In this document: one piece after another, positions 1 to 7,866 of the stretch
Layout: the number at the start of each line of letters is the position of its first letter
Position numbering within the stretch: position 1 is the first letter of the stretch
IMG/VR virus record: IMGVR_UViG_3300049143_000034
Coordinates: 1 to 60,816 of that record
DNA: 60,816 bases
Reading direction: 5' to 3' (one strand)
Source: a virus
Taxonomy: Duplodnaviria; Caudoviricetes
Notes under the pieces: model-generated
Seen by the model: only the letters and a program-made list of their open reading frames with translations
Database searches by the model: none
What the model was told of the DNA's origin: nothing
Position numbers and translations under genes: made by a program

Positions 1-177
1 CAGATGCCCTACTACCCGCAGCCGCAGATGATGCAGAACGTCGTCGTCAACGCCTCCGCGCGGGTGAACGGATATCGCGGGGTGAACCACGGCTTCCACG
101 CGCTCATGACGCTGCTGACATGTGGCATGTGGGCACCCGTGTGGATCATCGTCTGGCTGGTCGGGGGACGTCGATAG
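1..177 (+). CDS. C-terminal part of a membrane protein (P/Q-rich linker plus hydrophobic tail), 5'-truncated by the window edge
   Basis: Frame 1 reads QMPYYPQPQMMQNVVVNASARVNGYRGVNHGFHALMTLLTCGMWAPVWIIVWLVGGRR*, with TAG at 175-177. Confidence 0.8.
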   Translation, partial: QMPYYPQPQMMQNVVVNASARVNGYRGVNHGFHALMTLLTCGMWAPVWIIVWLVGGRR

Positions 178-219
178 GACTGCTGGTGAGGTGTCAGTGC
201 GGCATGCGACGATCGACCG

Positions 220-498
220 GTGACACGGCAGCACTACATCGACCCGGACGGACGCCCAGCCCAACCCGGGGAACTCGTCCGGCTGCCGGATGGCCGAGCC
301 GCGGAAACGCGGCCGGTGCGCTGCCCCAACGGTCACATGCTCGCCCGCGGCCGGTACACCCCTGGCTGGCTGCCCTGCCGAGTCGAGGGGCGCAACGGGC
401 ACCGCACCCACCGATGTCATGAATGTGACGCCGTGGTCTACACCCCGCCGCTGGATGAGCACTGCTGGACAGGCGACGGCCAGCACCCCCAGGCATGA
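220..498 (+). CDS. Small Cys/His-rich, putative Zn-binding protein
   Basis: CPNGH...C...HRTHRCHEC motifs; terminator follows directly. Confidence 0.75.
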   Translation: MTRQHYIDPDGRPAQPGELVRLPDGRAAETRPVRCPNGHMLARGRYTPGWLPCRVEGRNGHRTHRCHECDAVVYTPPLDEHCWTGDGQHPQA

Positions 499-500
499 CG

Positions 501-527
501 AAAGCCGCCCCAGATCGGGGCGGCTTT
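501..527. terminator. Bidirectional intrinsic terminator
   Basis: AAAGCCGCCCC-agatc-GGGGCGGCTTT between convergent genes. Confidence 0.8.
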
Positions 528-538
528 GCTGTATCCGG

Positions 539-1774
539 TCAGTAGGCCGTGGTGATCCCGCACCAGGCTGCGAACCCGCGAACTGTGTCCGTCGCTCGCG
601 CCTCCTGCCGTGCCAGCGTGCGGATCGTCTCGTGCACCATCGGGTGATACCGAGTCTGCGTGGGGGCAATCTTCTTCGCGATCTGCAACGCCGACAGCGC
701 ACCCTCCTTGTCGCCGTGCAGCAGGAACCCGCGCGCCAGGTCGATGTAGTGGTGGCCCAGCCGTTCCCTGGGCGTCTCTGCGGGCAGCTCCAGCCCCTTC
801 GCCCGCTTCACCGCCTCCGTGCCGTCCATCGCCTCCACTGCCAGGCCCACCGACCAGATATCTACGTTCGTGGGCCCGAAGCACAGACGGTAGTCGTCGC
901 GGTCCACCCCGATCCTCTGCGCCGTCTCCTTGGCCTCGGCAAGGTGAGCGTCGGCTACGTCCTTGCGGCCCGCTCGAGCTGCCGCGAGACCGGACTTCAG
1001 ATGCAGGTTGCCCCACACGCTGAGCGTCGCCGGATCGCCCTTGCCGAGGTCCGCCTCGATCTGGCTCCGGCTGCCCTCCAAGTACGTCTCGGCGCCGTTC
1101 CAGTCCGCAGCGCAGATCATCTCCCCCGCGCGCTGATAGTCGCCCACGAGCACCGCCAGCAGATCACCCGACCGTGCCGCTGCCCACTCGTACCGGTCGA
1201 CAGCCAGTGACGACAGGTCGATGTAGCCGAGCTTGTACACCACCTGGGAGGTCGCCGCGTAAGCCTCGGCGAGCAGCCCGAAGATCCGTTCCTGCTCCGG
1301 GCCTTCCGTCGACCACCATGCCACCCGGAGATCGTGCAGCAGTCGCGGAATGAGCTGACCCAGCTCGTCGAGCTTGACCATGTGCCGCAGTTTCGACGCC
1401 CGCGCGACATCCTTCGCCAGCTCATCGATCGGCCGCGCCGGGACATCCTCCGGCGGAAGCCGATACGTCGCCAGCTCACGCCGGATCTCCGGGATGCCCG
1501 CGTGCATCATCTGCTCATCCCGGCTGGTTCGCGGGTAGGGCTGATCGAGCAGATCAGCGACATTCAGCTTCAACGCTCGCGCGCACGCCGCGGTGAACGC
1601 GGGCGACGCGGGCGCCTTCCCTTGCTCGACCTGCCGAATCAGGCTCAGCGACACCCGGGTTTCGCTGCCCGCTGTTCGCTCGATCTCCTGGGCTAGCTTC
1701 TCCTGCGTCCAGCCCTGGAGCTTTCGGGCGGCTCGCACCCGTTCGCCGACGCCGTCTTTCGCTTCTGGAGTCAT
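539..1774 (-). CDS. XRE-family HTH regulator with C-terminal TPR-like helical domain
   Basis: N-terminal VGERVRAARKLQGWTQEKLA...SLIRQVEQG HTH, then about 300 aa of helical repeats; start at MTPEAK assumed. Confidence 0.88.
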   Translation of the reverse strand: MTPEAKDGVGERVRAARKLQGWTQEKLAQEIERTAGSETRVSLSLIRQVEQGKAPASPAFTAACARALKLNVADLLDQPYPRTSRDEQMMHAGIPEIRRELATYRLPPEDVPARPIDELAKDVARASKLRHMVKLDELGQLIPRLLHDLRVAWWSTEGPEQERIFGLLAEAYAATSQVVYKLGYIDLSSLAVDRYEWAAARSGDLLAVLVGDYQRAGEMICAADWNGAETYLEGSRSQIEADLGKGDPATLSVWGNLHLKSGLAAARAGRKDVADAHLAEAKETAQRIGVDRDDYRLCFGPTNVDIWSVGLAVEAMDGTEAVKRAKGLELPAETPRERLGHHYIDLARGFLLHGDKEGALSALQIAKKIAPTQTRYHPMVHETIRTLARQEARATDTVRGFAAWCGITTAY

Positions 1775-1813
1775 TGCGCTCACGATCCCATTGGACTCTG
1801 CCCCCACTCACAA

Positions 1814-1836
1814 AACTAACAACTTTTTTGTTAGTT
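1814..1836. promoter_or_regulatory. AT-rich palindromic operator in the divergent promoter region
   Basis: AACTAACAA-ctttt-TTGTTAGTT, a perfect 9-bp inverted repeat. Confidence 0.65.
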
Positions 1837-2000
1837 CGCTGATCTTCGAGGATCGATGCTGGTCACAGCACCCGATGTCGGGCCGACCCCGCCCCCCGAC
1901 GCGAGTCCCGAGGTCGTCAGGTTCGTAGCCATAGGCGACCCCCGACATCGGGTGCCCTTCCACACAACACAACACAACACGCGCCCAGGGGGTACACCCG

Positions 2001-2123
2001 ATGCCCGAGTATCTGATTCTTCTCGTCATAGCCGGAGCCGGACTGATGATGTCCGCCATCTGCTACACCGCGGCCTATCTGTACGGCCGCCACGAGCAGC
2101 GGGACGCGGGGGACGAGCAGTGA
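2001..2123 (+). CDS. 40-aa single-TM or secreted peptide
   Basis: MPEYLILLVIAGAGLMMSAICYTAAYLYGRHEQRDAGDEQ*; AGGGGG RBS; GTGA overlap with the next gene. Confidence 0.65.
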   Translation: MPEYLILLVIAGAGLMMSAICYTAAYLYGRHEQRDAGDEQ

Positions 2124-2311
2124 CCACCCTGGCCGACGCCGAGATGTGGCGTCACGCCCACCGCCTCTGCCACCGCGACGGCACATTCCGATCCCTCGAC
2201 GAGGCCGAGTTCGTCTCCAACGTCCACTCCGGGCACGGCGGAACCTGCCTTCAATACCTGTCCGCGCACGCGTTCAGCCTCGGCTCCGGGGATGTGGCCG
2301 ACCATGACTAG
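2120..2311 (+). CDS. 63-aa His/Cys protein
   Basis: MTTLADAEMWRHAHRLCH...HSGHGGTC; coupled to both neighbours. Confidence 0.7.
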   Translation: MTTLADAEMWRHAHRLCHRDGTFRSLDEAEFVSNVHSGHGGTCLQYLSAHAFSLGSGDVADHD

Positions 2312-2651
2312 CCTCCCCTCCCCCGTGGCCGAGGACGCGCCCGCCGCGATCGCGTTCCTGCGCTGCGAACTGTCCGGCAGCCGCACCGACGAGGACGAGA
2401 AGGCGTTGCGCCGCTACGCCCGCCGCAGGGGACTGCGCCTGGCGAAGGTCCTGAAGATCGAGCACGGTGCCCTCGACCCCACCCTGCGGTTGATCAACGC
2501 CGTCCACACCCACGACGCCAAAGCCGTGCTGATCCCCCAGCTGTCGCATCTGGCTGCCACCCGCCGCGCCGTCACCGAGGTGTGCGAACTGGTGGCGATC
2601 CAGCCGGAGGAGAAGACGTGGCCGCGCGGGCACAGGTGGCCGTGGCGGTAA
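2304..2651 (+). CDS. Hypothetical protein resembling a stand-alone, degenerate serine-resolvase N-terminal fold
   Basis: AIAFLRCELS...ALRRYARRRGLRL...AVLIPQLSHL pattern; no canonical YxRvS motif and no HTH. Confidence 0.65.
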   Translation: MTSLPSPVAEDAPAAIAFLRCELSGSRTDEDEKALRRYARRRGLRLAKVLKIEHGALDPTLRLINAVHTHDAKAVLIPQLSHLAATRRAVTEVCELVAIQPEEKTWPRGHRWPWR

Positions 2652-2694
2652 TTCGTCCCCGGCACTCGGCCGGGGTGATGAGGAAAGGTGATCC

Positions 2695-2823
2695 ATGGTA
2701 TTGCTCGAGCCCGGCGCAGACTTCTCCGACCACGATAACTGGAACGAGCACCCGCTCGGCAAGGATGCTCCTAAGCACAGGCTCGGCCAGGACGGTCAGC
2801 TCATGAACGGCGACGACGACTGA
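2695..2823 (+). CDS. 42-aa acidic peptide
   Basis: Strong RBS AGGAAAGG; MVLLEPGADFSDHDNWNEHPLGKDAPKHRLGQDGQLMNGDDD*; terminator follows. Confidence 0.55.
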   Translation: MVLLEPGADFSDHDNWNEHPLGKDAPKHRLGQDGQLMNGDDD

Positions 2824-2866
2824 CACCCTGATCTTCGCCGTGTAAACACCGCAGGCACGGCGGAGC

Positions 2867-2900
2867 CCGCCCCGACCCCGCACCAGGTCGGGGCGGTTTC
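2867..2900 (+). terminator. Intrinsic terminator
   Basis: CCGCCCCGACC / GGTCGGGGCGG stem followed by TTTC. Confidence 0.65.
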
Positions 2901-2929
2901 ATGTCCGGGGGGTCCGATATCCTCAAGCG

Positions 2930-3109
2930 GTGGCATTCCAGGTGGGCGATCTAGTGCAGGTTCGGGTCTCCCCCGTCTCGGTTTTCGAAGTCCTCGAAGT
3001 GAATGTGGACGGCGACCCCGAGGTGGTGCTGGTGCAGGCCGCGAGGGATGCGCCCGGCCGGTACCCGTTCCACTACCGGGTGAGCGACCTCATCCCGGCC
3101 CAGACATGA
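2930..3109 (+). CDS. 59-aa SH3/KOW-like protein, probably leaderless
   Basis: MAFQVGDLVQVRVSPVSVFEVLEVNVDGDPEVVLVQAARDAPGRYPFHYRVSDLIPAQT*; TATCCT 6 nt before the GTG; terminators on both sides. Confidence 0.7.
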   Translation: MAFQVGDLVQVRVSPVSVFEVLEVNVDGDPEVVLVQAARDAPGRYPFHYRVSDLIPAQT

Positions 3110-3153
3110 CGAAAGCGCCCGGCAGATCCCGAAGGACCTGCCGGGCGTTCGTC
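3108..3153. terminator. Bidirectional terminator
   Basis: GACGAA..CGCCCGGCAG / CTGCCGGGCG TTCGTC between convergent genes. Confidence 0.7.
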
Positions 3154-3169
3154 TTGAGTAGTGGACTAC

Positions 3170-4303
3170 TCAGAACACGGTGACCTCCGGCCACGCGGGG
3201 TCCGTCCCGTCCAGCAGCGTGGTGGGGATACCCCGCAGGTACTGGTCCAGGAACACGCGGGTGAAGGTGCAGTGCAGCGACATCGCCCGTGTCGGGTTGA
3301 TGCTGCCGTTCAGCTCCGCAGTCTTCACAGTCAGGAGGCCGACGTCGGTGAACGCGAAGTGCTTCGTCCCCGCCACCTCCAACGTGTGCAGCGGCCCGTG
3401 GTTGGTGGTGCGGTAGGTCGCCCACGAGGGGTGCTCCCCACCGACAAGGTAGTTGTCACCGAGGTCGATGTCGCCGGACAGCAGCATGACCGGCACAGCG
3501 ACGCCGTTGTTCATGGCGTGATTCTCGGTGCCGTCGTAGCCCGCGGTGCCGTCCAGGCACACGACTGCTTTCACCCGGGCGTCGTGATACGCCTGCTCCA
3601 GCGCTGTGTAGCCGCCGTAGGAGTGGCCGACCGCGGCGACCTTCGACAGGTCGGCCTGGTTGCCGATGCCGTTGGGCAGTGAGCCGAGCTGGTTGATGAC
3701 GAAGTTGACGTCACCCAGTCTGGCCGTGAGCACCTTCTGCCACTGGTTGCTTACCGCGCCTCCGTTCTGGAGGACCACGCCGTTCGACTGCTCTGTCACG
3801 ATGGACTCGTACGTATGCGACAGCGTCAGCACCAGGTAGCCGTGAGACGCCAGCTCCTGCGCCAGGATCGACGCGTGGTTGCCGGGGATACCGAACCCCG
3901 GCGAGAAGACGACCGTCGGCAGCGGGCCGAGATCCGTACTCACCACGGCGTCTTTCACCGCGCGTGTGTCCCTTGAGCGGATGTTGCCGTACATGGTGTT
4001 GTTCGGGTTGACGTTGCCGAAGAATCCGCCGCAGGTGACTGCCCCGGTCCACCAAGACTTGCTGCACCCCGCGTTCTCCAGCCCGTTGACCAGGTTCAAC
4101 GCCATCGTCTCGTCGTAGCTGTCGACGTTCGAAAGGTACCGCGCCGGTGTGCCCGTGGACGGCGTGGGATACCAGGCGGTGATGCTGACCTTCCGCTGCC
4201 CAGATCCCGAGATCGGGTCTGTGCGTGAGGTGTCCGTGAGGAACAAACGCCGATTGCCGACGCCGTGGGGTCCGGTCATCGCGGGCAGGAGGGTTGCGGC
4301 CAC
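3170..4303 (-). CDS. Alpha/beta hydrolase (lipase/esterase, PAF-acetylhydrolase-like)
   Basis: VVFSPGFG, LASHGYLV, GHSYGG nucleophile elbow, CLDG, GTKHFAFTD; GTG start with GAGG RBS. Confidence 0.88.
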   Translation of the reverse strand: MAATLLPAMTGPHGVGNRRLFLTDTSRTDPISGSGQRKVSITAWYPTPSTGTPARYLSNVDSYDETMALNLVNGLENAGCSKSWWTGAVTCGGFFGNVNPNNTMYGNIRSRDTRAVKDAVVSTDLGPLPTVVFSPGFGIPGNHASILAQELASHGYLVLTLSHTYESIVTEQSNGVVLQNGGAVSNQWQKVLTARLGDVNFVINQLGSLPNGIGNQADLSKVAAVGHSYGGYTALEQAYHDARVKAVVCLDGTAGYDGTENHAMNNGVAVPVMLLSGDIDLGDNYLVGGEHPSWATYRTTNHGPLHTLEVAGTKHFAFTDVGLLTVKTAELNGSINPTRAMSLHCTFTRVFLDQYLRGIPTTLLDGTDPAWPEVTVF

Positions 4304-4465
4304 GAGGGCACCTCGCTTCGATTTGCACATTGGGAGGACTGGTTTCCGTGTTTCTGGGACGCGCCATCGGTTTGGGGTGCAAGATGATCGGCGCGCGGTT
4401 CACGTCGGGGGACGCAGCCGATCGGGGCGCCGGACTGCGCGTCACATCGAGGGATGAGGAATCAC

Positions 4466-4708
4466 ATGAAGCGGCTTGCGCAGTCGTTGTTTGTCGTCGC
4501 CATCGCCACGGCCGGAATGGGTCTCGCGGCAGGTACGGCCAGCGCCTATGAGACCGGCGTGATCATCGGCCGGGACAACTGCCAGGAAGTGGCCCGCCAA
4601 TACAAGGCGATGGGGTACTCGGCGCGATGCAACCACATTCACGGCGATCGGTATTACGTGTACTACGAGAAGAGCAACCGGCCGTCGACGGGCAGTTTCG
4701 GCAGTTAG
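4466..4708 (+). CDS. Small secreted protein (moron)
   Basis: Signal peptide ending ASA; two Cys; C-terminal TGSFGS; GAGGA RBS; opposite strand to the late genes. Confidence 0.8.
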   Translation: MKRLAQSLFVVAIATAGMGLAAGTASAYETGVIIGRDNCQEVARQYKAMGYSARCNHIHGDRYYVYYEKSNRPSTGSFGS

Positions 4709-5124
4709 GTGACGCGCACGTACGTGCCCGTGCCCGAGGTGACGTTCCCGAAGTTGGCCTGGGTGCTGATCGCCTCGACGGTGATGTTGTCGCCCGCAGA
4801 GAGTGCCTGACCGGTCGCCACGGCGGTCGAGGTCCCCGAGGTGCCGGTGACGCCGGTGCCGGTCGCGACCACCGTGGCGCCGACCTTGATACGGACGGTC
4901 ACCGTCATGGTCAGCGACCCCGTCCACGGGATGTTCGCGGTGATCGTCGCCGACGAGTTCGCCGACTGCACGACCAGGCCATCACTGACTACAGTGCTGC
5001 CGGGATAGTTGGTGGTGTCGGCGGTCCAGCTGGTGACCTTGGTGTAGCTGCCCTGGATCGCGAAGGTTCCGTTCTTGGTCATCCCCGACGGCAGGAACGA
5101 CGCGAGCGCTCGAAGGACGAACAT
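4705..5124 (-). CDS. Thr/Gly-rich beta-sandwich minor tail protein
   Basis: Composition, position after the tail fibre, GAGGGG RBS. Confidence 0.7.
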   Translation of the reverse strand: MFVLRALASFLPSGMTKNGTFAIQGSYTKVTSWTADTTNYPGSTVVSDGLVVQSANSSATITANIPWTGSLTMTVTVRIKVGATVVATGTGVTGTSGTSTAVATGQALSAGDNITVEAISTQANFGNVTSGTGTYVRVT

Positions 5125-5162
5125 ATGTCACGTCCCCTCTGACCATGCCCAGAGGCAGAGCC

Positions 5163-6689
5163 TTAGTTCCATGTACCGAACAGGTAGACCTTCAGGCCCT
5201 TGCCCGGCGTAGTGCCGACCGCGGTGATCTGCGGCAGAATCCGATCACCCACGGCGAACGACTGGTTCGGCGTGGAGGTGCGCGCCGCGTCAGTTCCGGT
5301 GCCATCCGTCTGGTTGGCGGCGGTCACTGTGACGCCGGAACTGGTGACCGTGGACCCGTTGCGCCGGATCTCGGCCGAGGTGCTACCCGAGGCGTCAGCG
5401 GTCTCGAACTGGTACACGCACTTGGTGAGCGTGAACGCCCGGCCCACGTACATGCCCACCGTCCAGTCACCCGAACCGGTGGCGCGAGTGGTGCTGGGGC
5501 TGACAGCGACGAACATGAAGTCGCACGGCACAGTGTTGGCCGATGGGGTGCGGGTGTCCGACAGTCGGGAGTCATCACCTCGTGCGGCAGTCGAGGAGGT
5601 CGTGCCGAACGCCGAGGCGCTGAACGCCGGGGCCGCCGCAGTACCGGCGAGCACGCCCGCCAGCTGCACGACACCCTTCGCGCTCGTGCTGGCATCCGAC
5701 ACTGCGAGAGTGCGGTTCGCCGAGAGATCCCCGCCACCGGTCAAAGGTGCGGTGGTGGAGATCGTCCGGGTAGTGGGCACCTTCGTTGCAAGACCAGGGA
5801 CGGTGGGACTCGCCGCGGTGCCGCCGAGGTCTCCAGCCAACTGCACGATGCCCTTGGTGCTGCTCGTGGCGTCCGGCGCGGCTGGACCGGTGTCGCCGAC
5901 ATCGCCTTCGGGAATTCCGAGATCCAGTTCCCATGCGGGCGGCCCGCCGCTGACCGACGCTGTGGCCGACGACCCGGGGGGGAGGGTGGTCACGGTGCCG
6001 ATGGACAGGTCGAAGGAGTTCACCGCTGCCAGCGCTGCTGCTGCCGATGCCGCCGCGGCATCTTCGCTGTCGGACGCGGCGCCTGCGGCATCGAGAGCGT
6101 CCTGGATCGCGGGGACCTCTACTCCTGGCAGGAATGAGCCGTCATCCAGGCCGAACACCAAGGCGTTGCCGTCCAGGCCCACCGACACCACCGACAGGCC
6201 GCGCGTGACCGCGTTGCCCGTGCTCGACGGCACCGGCGACGCCAGCGCCAGATCCACCAACCCCACCGAACCCTCGTCCGGGTTCTCCGGGTCCGGGCCG
6301 GGTGTGTACTCCGGGACCTCGATCGCGTACGGCGCCACATACACCGGGGTGCCGAGGTACTCCAGATCGAAGCTGACCGTCCACGTCCACCCGGAGGGGT
6401 TCATGGTGCCCGCCACAGGGGCAGCGAGCATGACACCGCGCTCCCCCCGCCACGTCAGATACCCCTCGTCGTCGAGAACCGCCGTGAAGTAGGGGTTGCT
6501 TTGCGGCACCACTGTGGCCGGTGGGTCGGCGTTCTGGACGAGGAATTTCGGCACGTTCGCGGTGAACGTCACCCGCCCGGACAGCGGTGGGAAGTCCGGC
6601 ACAGTGCCGACATCGGGGCTGTCGATCACAGCTGCCAGCAGACGGCCTACGACCTTGCCGTATTGCAGCGGGGAAAGAGGATTGGTCAC
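5163..6689 (-). CDS. Tail fibre / minor tail protein
   Basis: N-terminal YGKVVGRLLA..D actinophage tail domain; two DA(T/S)xxxKGxVQLAG fibre repeats; GTGA overlap. Confidence 0.8.
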   Translation of the reverse strand: MTNPLSPLQYGKVVGRLLAAVIDSPDVGTVPDFPPLSGRVTFTANVPKFLVQNADPPATVVPQSNPYFTAVLDDEGYLTWRGERGVMLAAPVAGTMNPSGWTWTVSFDLEYLGTPVYVAPYAIEVPEYTPGPDPENPDEGSVGLVDLALASPVPSSTGNAVTRGLSVVSVGLDGNALVFGLDDGSFLPGVEVPAIQDALDAAGAASDSEDAAAASAAAALAAVNSFDLSIGTVTTLPPGSSATASVSGGPPAWELDLGIPEGDVGDTGPAAPDATSSTKGIVQLAGDLGGTAASPTVPGLATKVPTTRTISTTAPLTGGGDLSANRTLAVSDASTSAKGVVQLAGVLAGTAAAPAFSASAFGTTSSTAARGDDSRLSDTRTPSANTVPCDFMFVAVSPSTTRATGSGDWTVGMYVGRAFTLTKCVYQFETADASGSTSAEIRRNGSTVTSSGVTVTAANQTDGTGTDAARTSTPNQSFAVGDRILPQITAVGTTPGKGLKVYLFGTWN

Positions 6690-7072
6690 AGCGCCCCCTT
6701 GTCGAATTCTTCGTAGGCGTCCTGCTGCTCGCGATAGATGGTCAGCAGCAGCCACAGCATCGACGCCGCCACATACGTCCAGAGGACTGCCCGTATCTGG
6801 TCGCGGCCCGGATATTCGGCGTCAGTGAATATCGACACCGACCCTTGCAGCGTCACAGCGGCGATGCTTGACACCAGTAAGATCACCGATTTACCGAGTG
6901 GCCCGAATCGCCATCCCGCGCTGTGTCCGTACATCAATGTGAGCAGAGTCGATTTCGCCGCCACGGTCACGATGAGCACATTCACCGCATCGTGGATGGG
7001 CAGGAGAATCAGCATGGCGATATTGATCGAGAGCGCGGCAGCGAAAACCGTGAGATTGGTACGCCTGCTCAT
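6686..7072 (-). CDS. Multi-TM membrane protein of the lysis cassette (holin-like)
   Basis: About 4 hydrophobic segments; lies downstream of the lysin. Confidence 0.7.
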   Translation of the reverse strand: MSRRTNLTVFAAALSINIAMLILLPIHDAVNVLIVTVAAKSTLLTLMYGHSAGWRFGPLGKSVILLVSSIAAVTLQGSVSIFTDAEYPGRDQIRAVLWTYVAASMLWLLLTIYREQQDAYEEFDKGAL

Positions 7073-7290
7073 GGGGAAGAAGCCCTCCGTCGTATCTCGA
7101 GCCGAAACTTTTCCCCGAAGTGATTTGCTTTGAGATGGCGCCGGAACGACGCCGCGAGCCGGTCTACCTCTGGCCGCTGGTCTTCCACCGTGCGCAGCTC
7201 CTCTTCGGCTTTTGATGCCGCCTCCTCAGCTAGACGCACCTGCTCGAGGTCGACGCTGAATTCGCGTTCAATCCTGCGTCTGGGCCACAT
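7069..7290 (-). CDS. Small coiled-coil lysis-cassette protein
   Basis: MWPRRRIEREF...RRHLKANHFGE; ATGA overlap. Confidence 0.7.
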   Translation of the reverse strand: MWPRRRIEREFSVDLEQVRLAEEAASKAEEELRTVEDQRPEVDRLAASFRRHLKANHFGEKFRLEIRRRASSP

Positions 7291-7603
7291 GGCCACTCCC
7301 CGAGTGGTTGATTTCAGCAGTGCGCAGGATCGCGTCCACAACGCGCGCCTGCTCAAGCAATTTCGTATTCTGCGACCGAAGTTCGGCCTCGCCCTGTTCG
7401 TGCGCGGCGGCCTTGCGTTCAGTGGCCTGCTGGAGTGCACGGAGGTCGTGCACGATGGCTTCCACCGTGGCGGCTGGGACGAGGTCGCCGCGGACGATGC
7501 GCCGCATCATCCAGACCAGGGATCCGAGCAGCATGGTGATTGCGCTGGCTGCGGTACTGATCAGGATGGTGATCGGATCCCAGCCAGCGCTGAGGGCTCC
7601 CAT
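7268..7603 (-). CDS. Membrane-anchored coiled-coil lysis-cassette protein
   Basis: N-terminal TM, RGDLVP motif, coiled coil. Confidence 0.75.
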   Translation of the reverse strand: MGALSAGWDPITILISTAASAITMLLGSLVWMMRRIVRGDLVPAATVEAIVHDLRALQQATERKAAAHEQGEAELRSQNTKLLEQARVVDAILRTAEINHSGSGHVAQTQD

Positions 7604-7852
7604 TTAGCCGCGCTCACCGCGCGGGATTCCGGCGACCGTCCGACCGATCAGCTTCGAGTCCGGAGTTACCTTCGCCCGCGCAACCTCCGCGGCAGGAATG
7701 CCGAGGACGGCGGCCACGATGGCGACGATCATGTCGGCCGAGAACTGGTCCACGACGCCGCGGACAACGAGGTAACCAGCGATACCCACCAGCACCGGCC
7801 AGAGGAGGGCGCGGATGGGTTCGGTGCGCAACGCGGAAATCAGTTTGCTCAT
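7604..7852 (-). CDS. Holin
   Basis: Two TM segments, EPIR...ARAKVTP motif, immediately after the endolysin. Confidence 0.8.
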   Translation of the reverse strand: MSKLISALRTEPIRALLWPVLVGIAGYLVVRGVVDQFSADMIVAIVAAVLGIPAAEVARAKVTPDSKLIGRTVAGIPRGERG

Positions 7853-7866
7853 GGTCTATCCCTTCA

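Noticed and set aside
2304-2651. Active resolvase/invertase
   Set aside because: It lacks the YxRvS catalytic motif and a DNA-binding domain.
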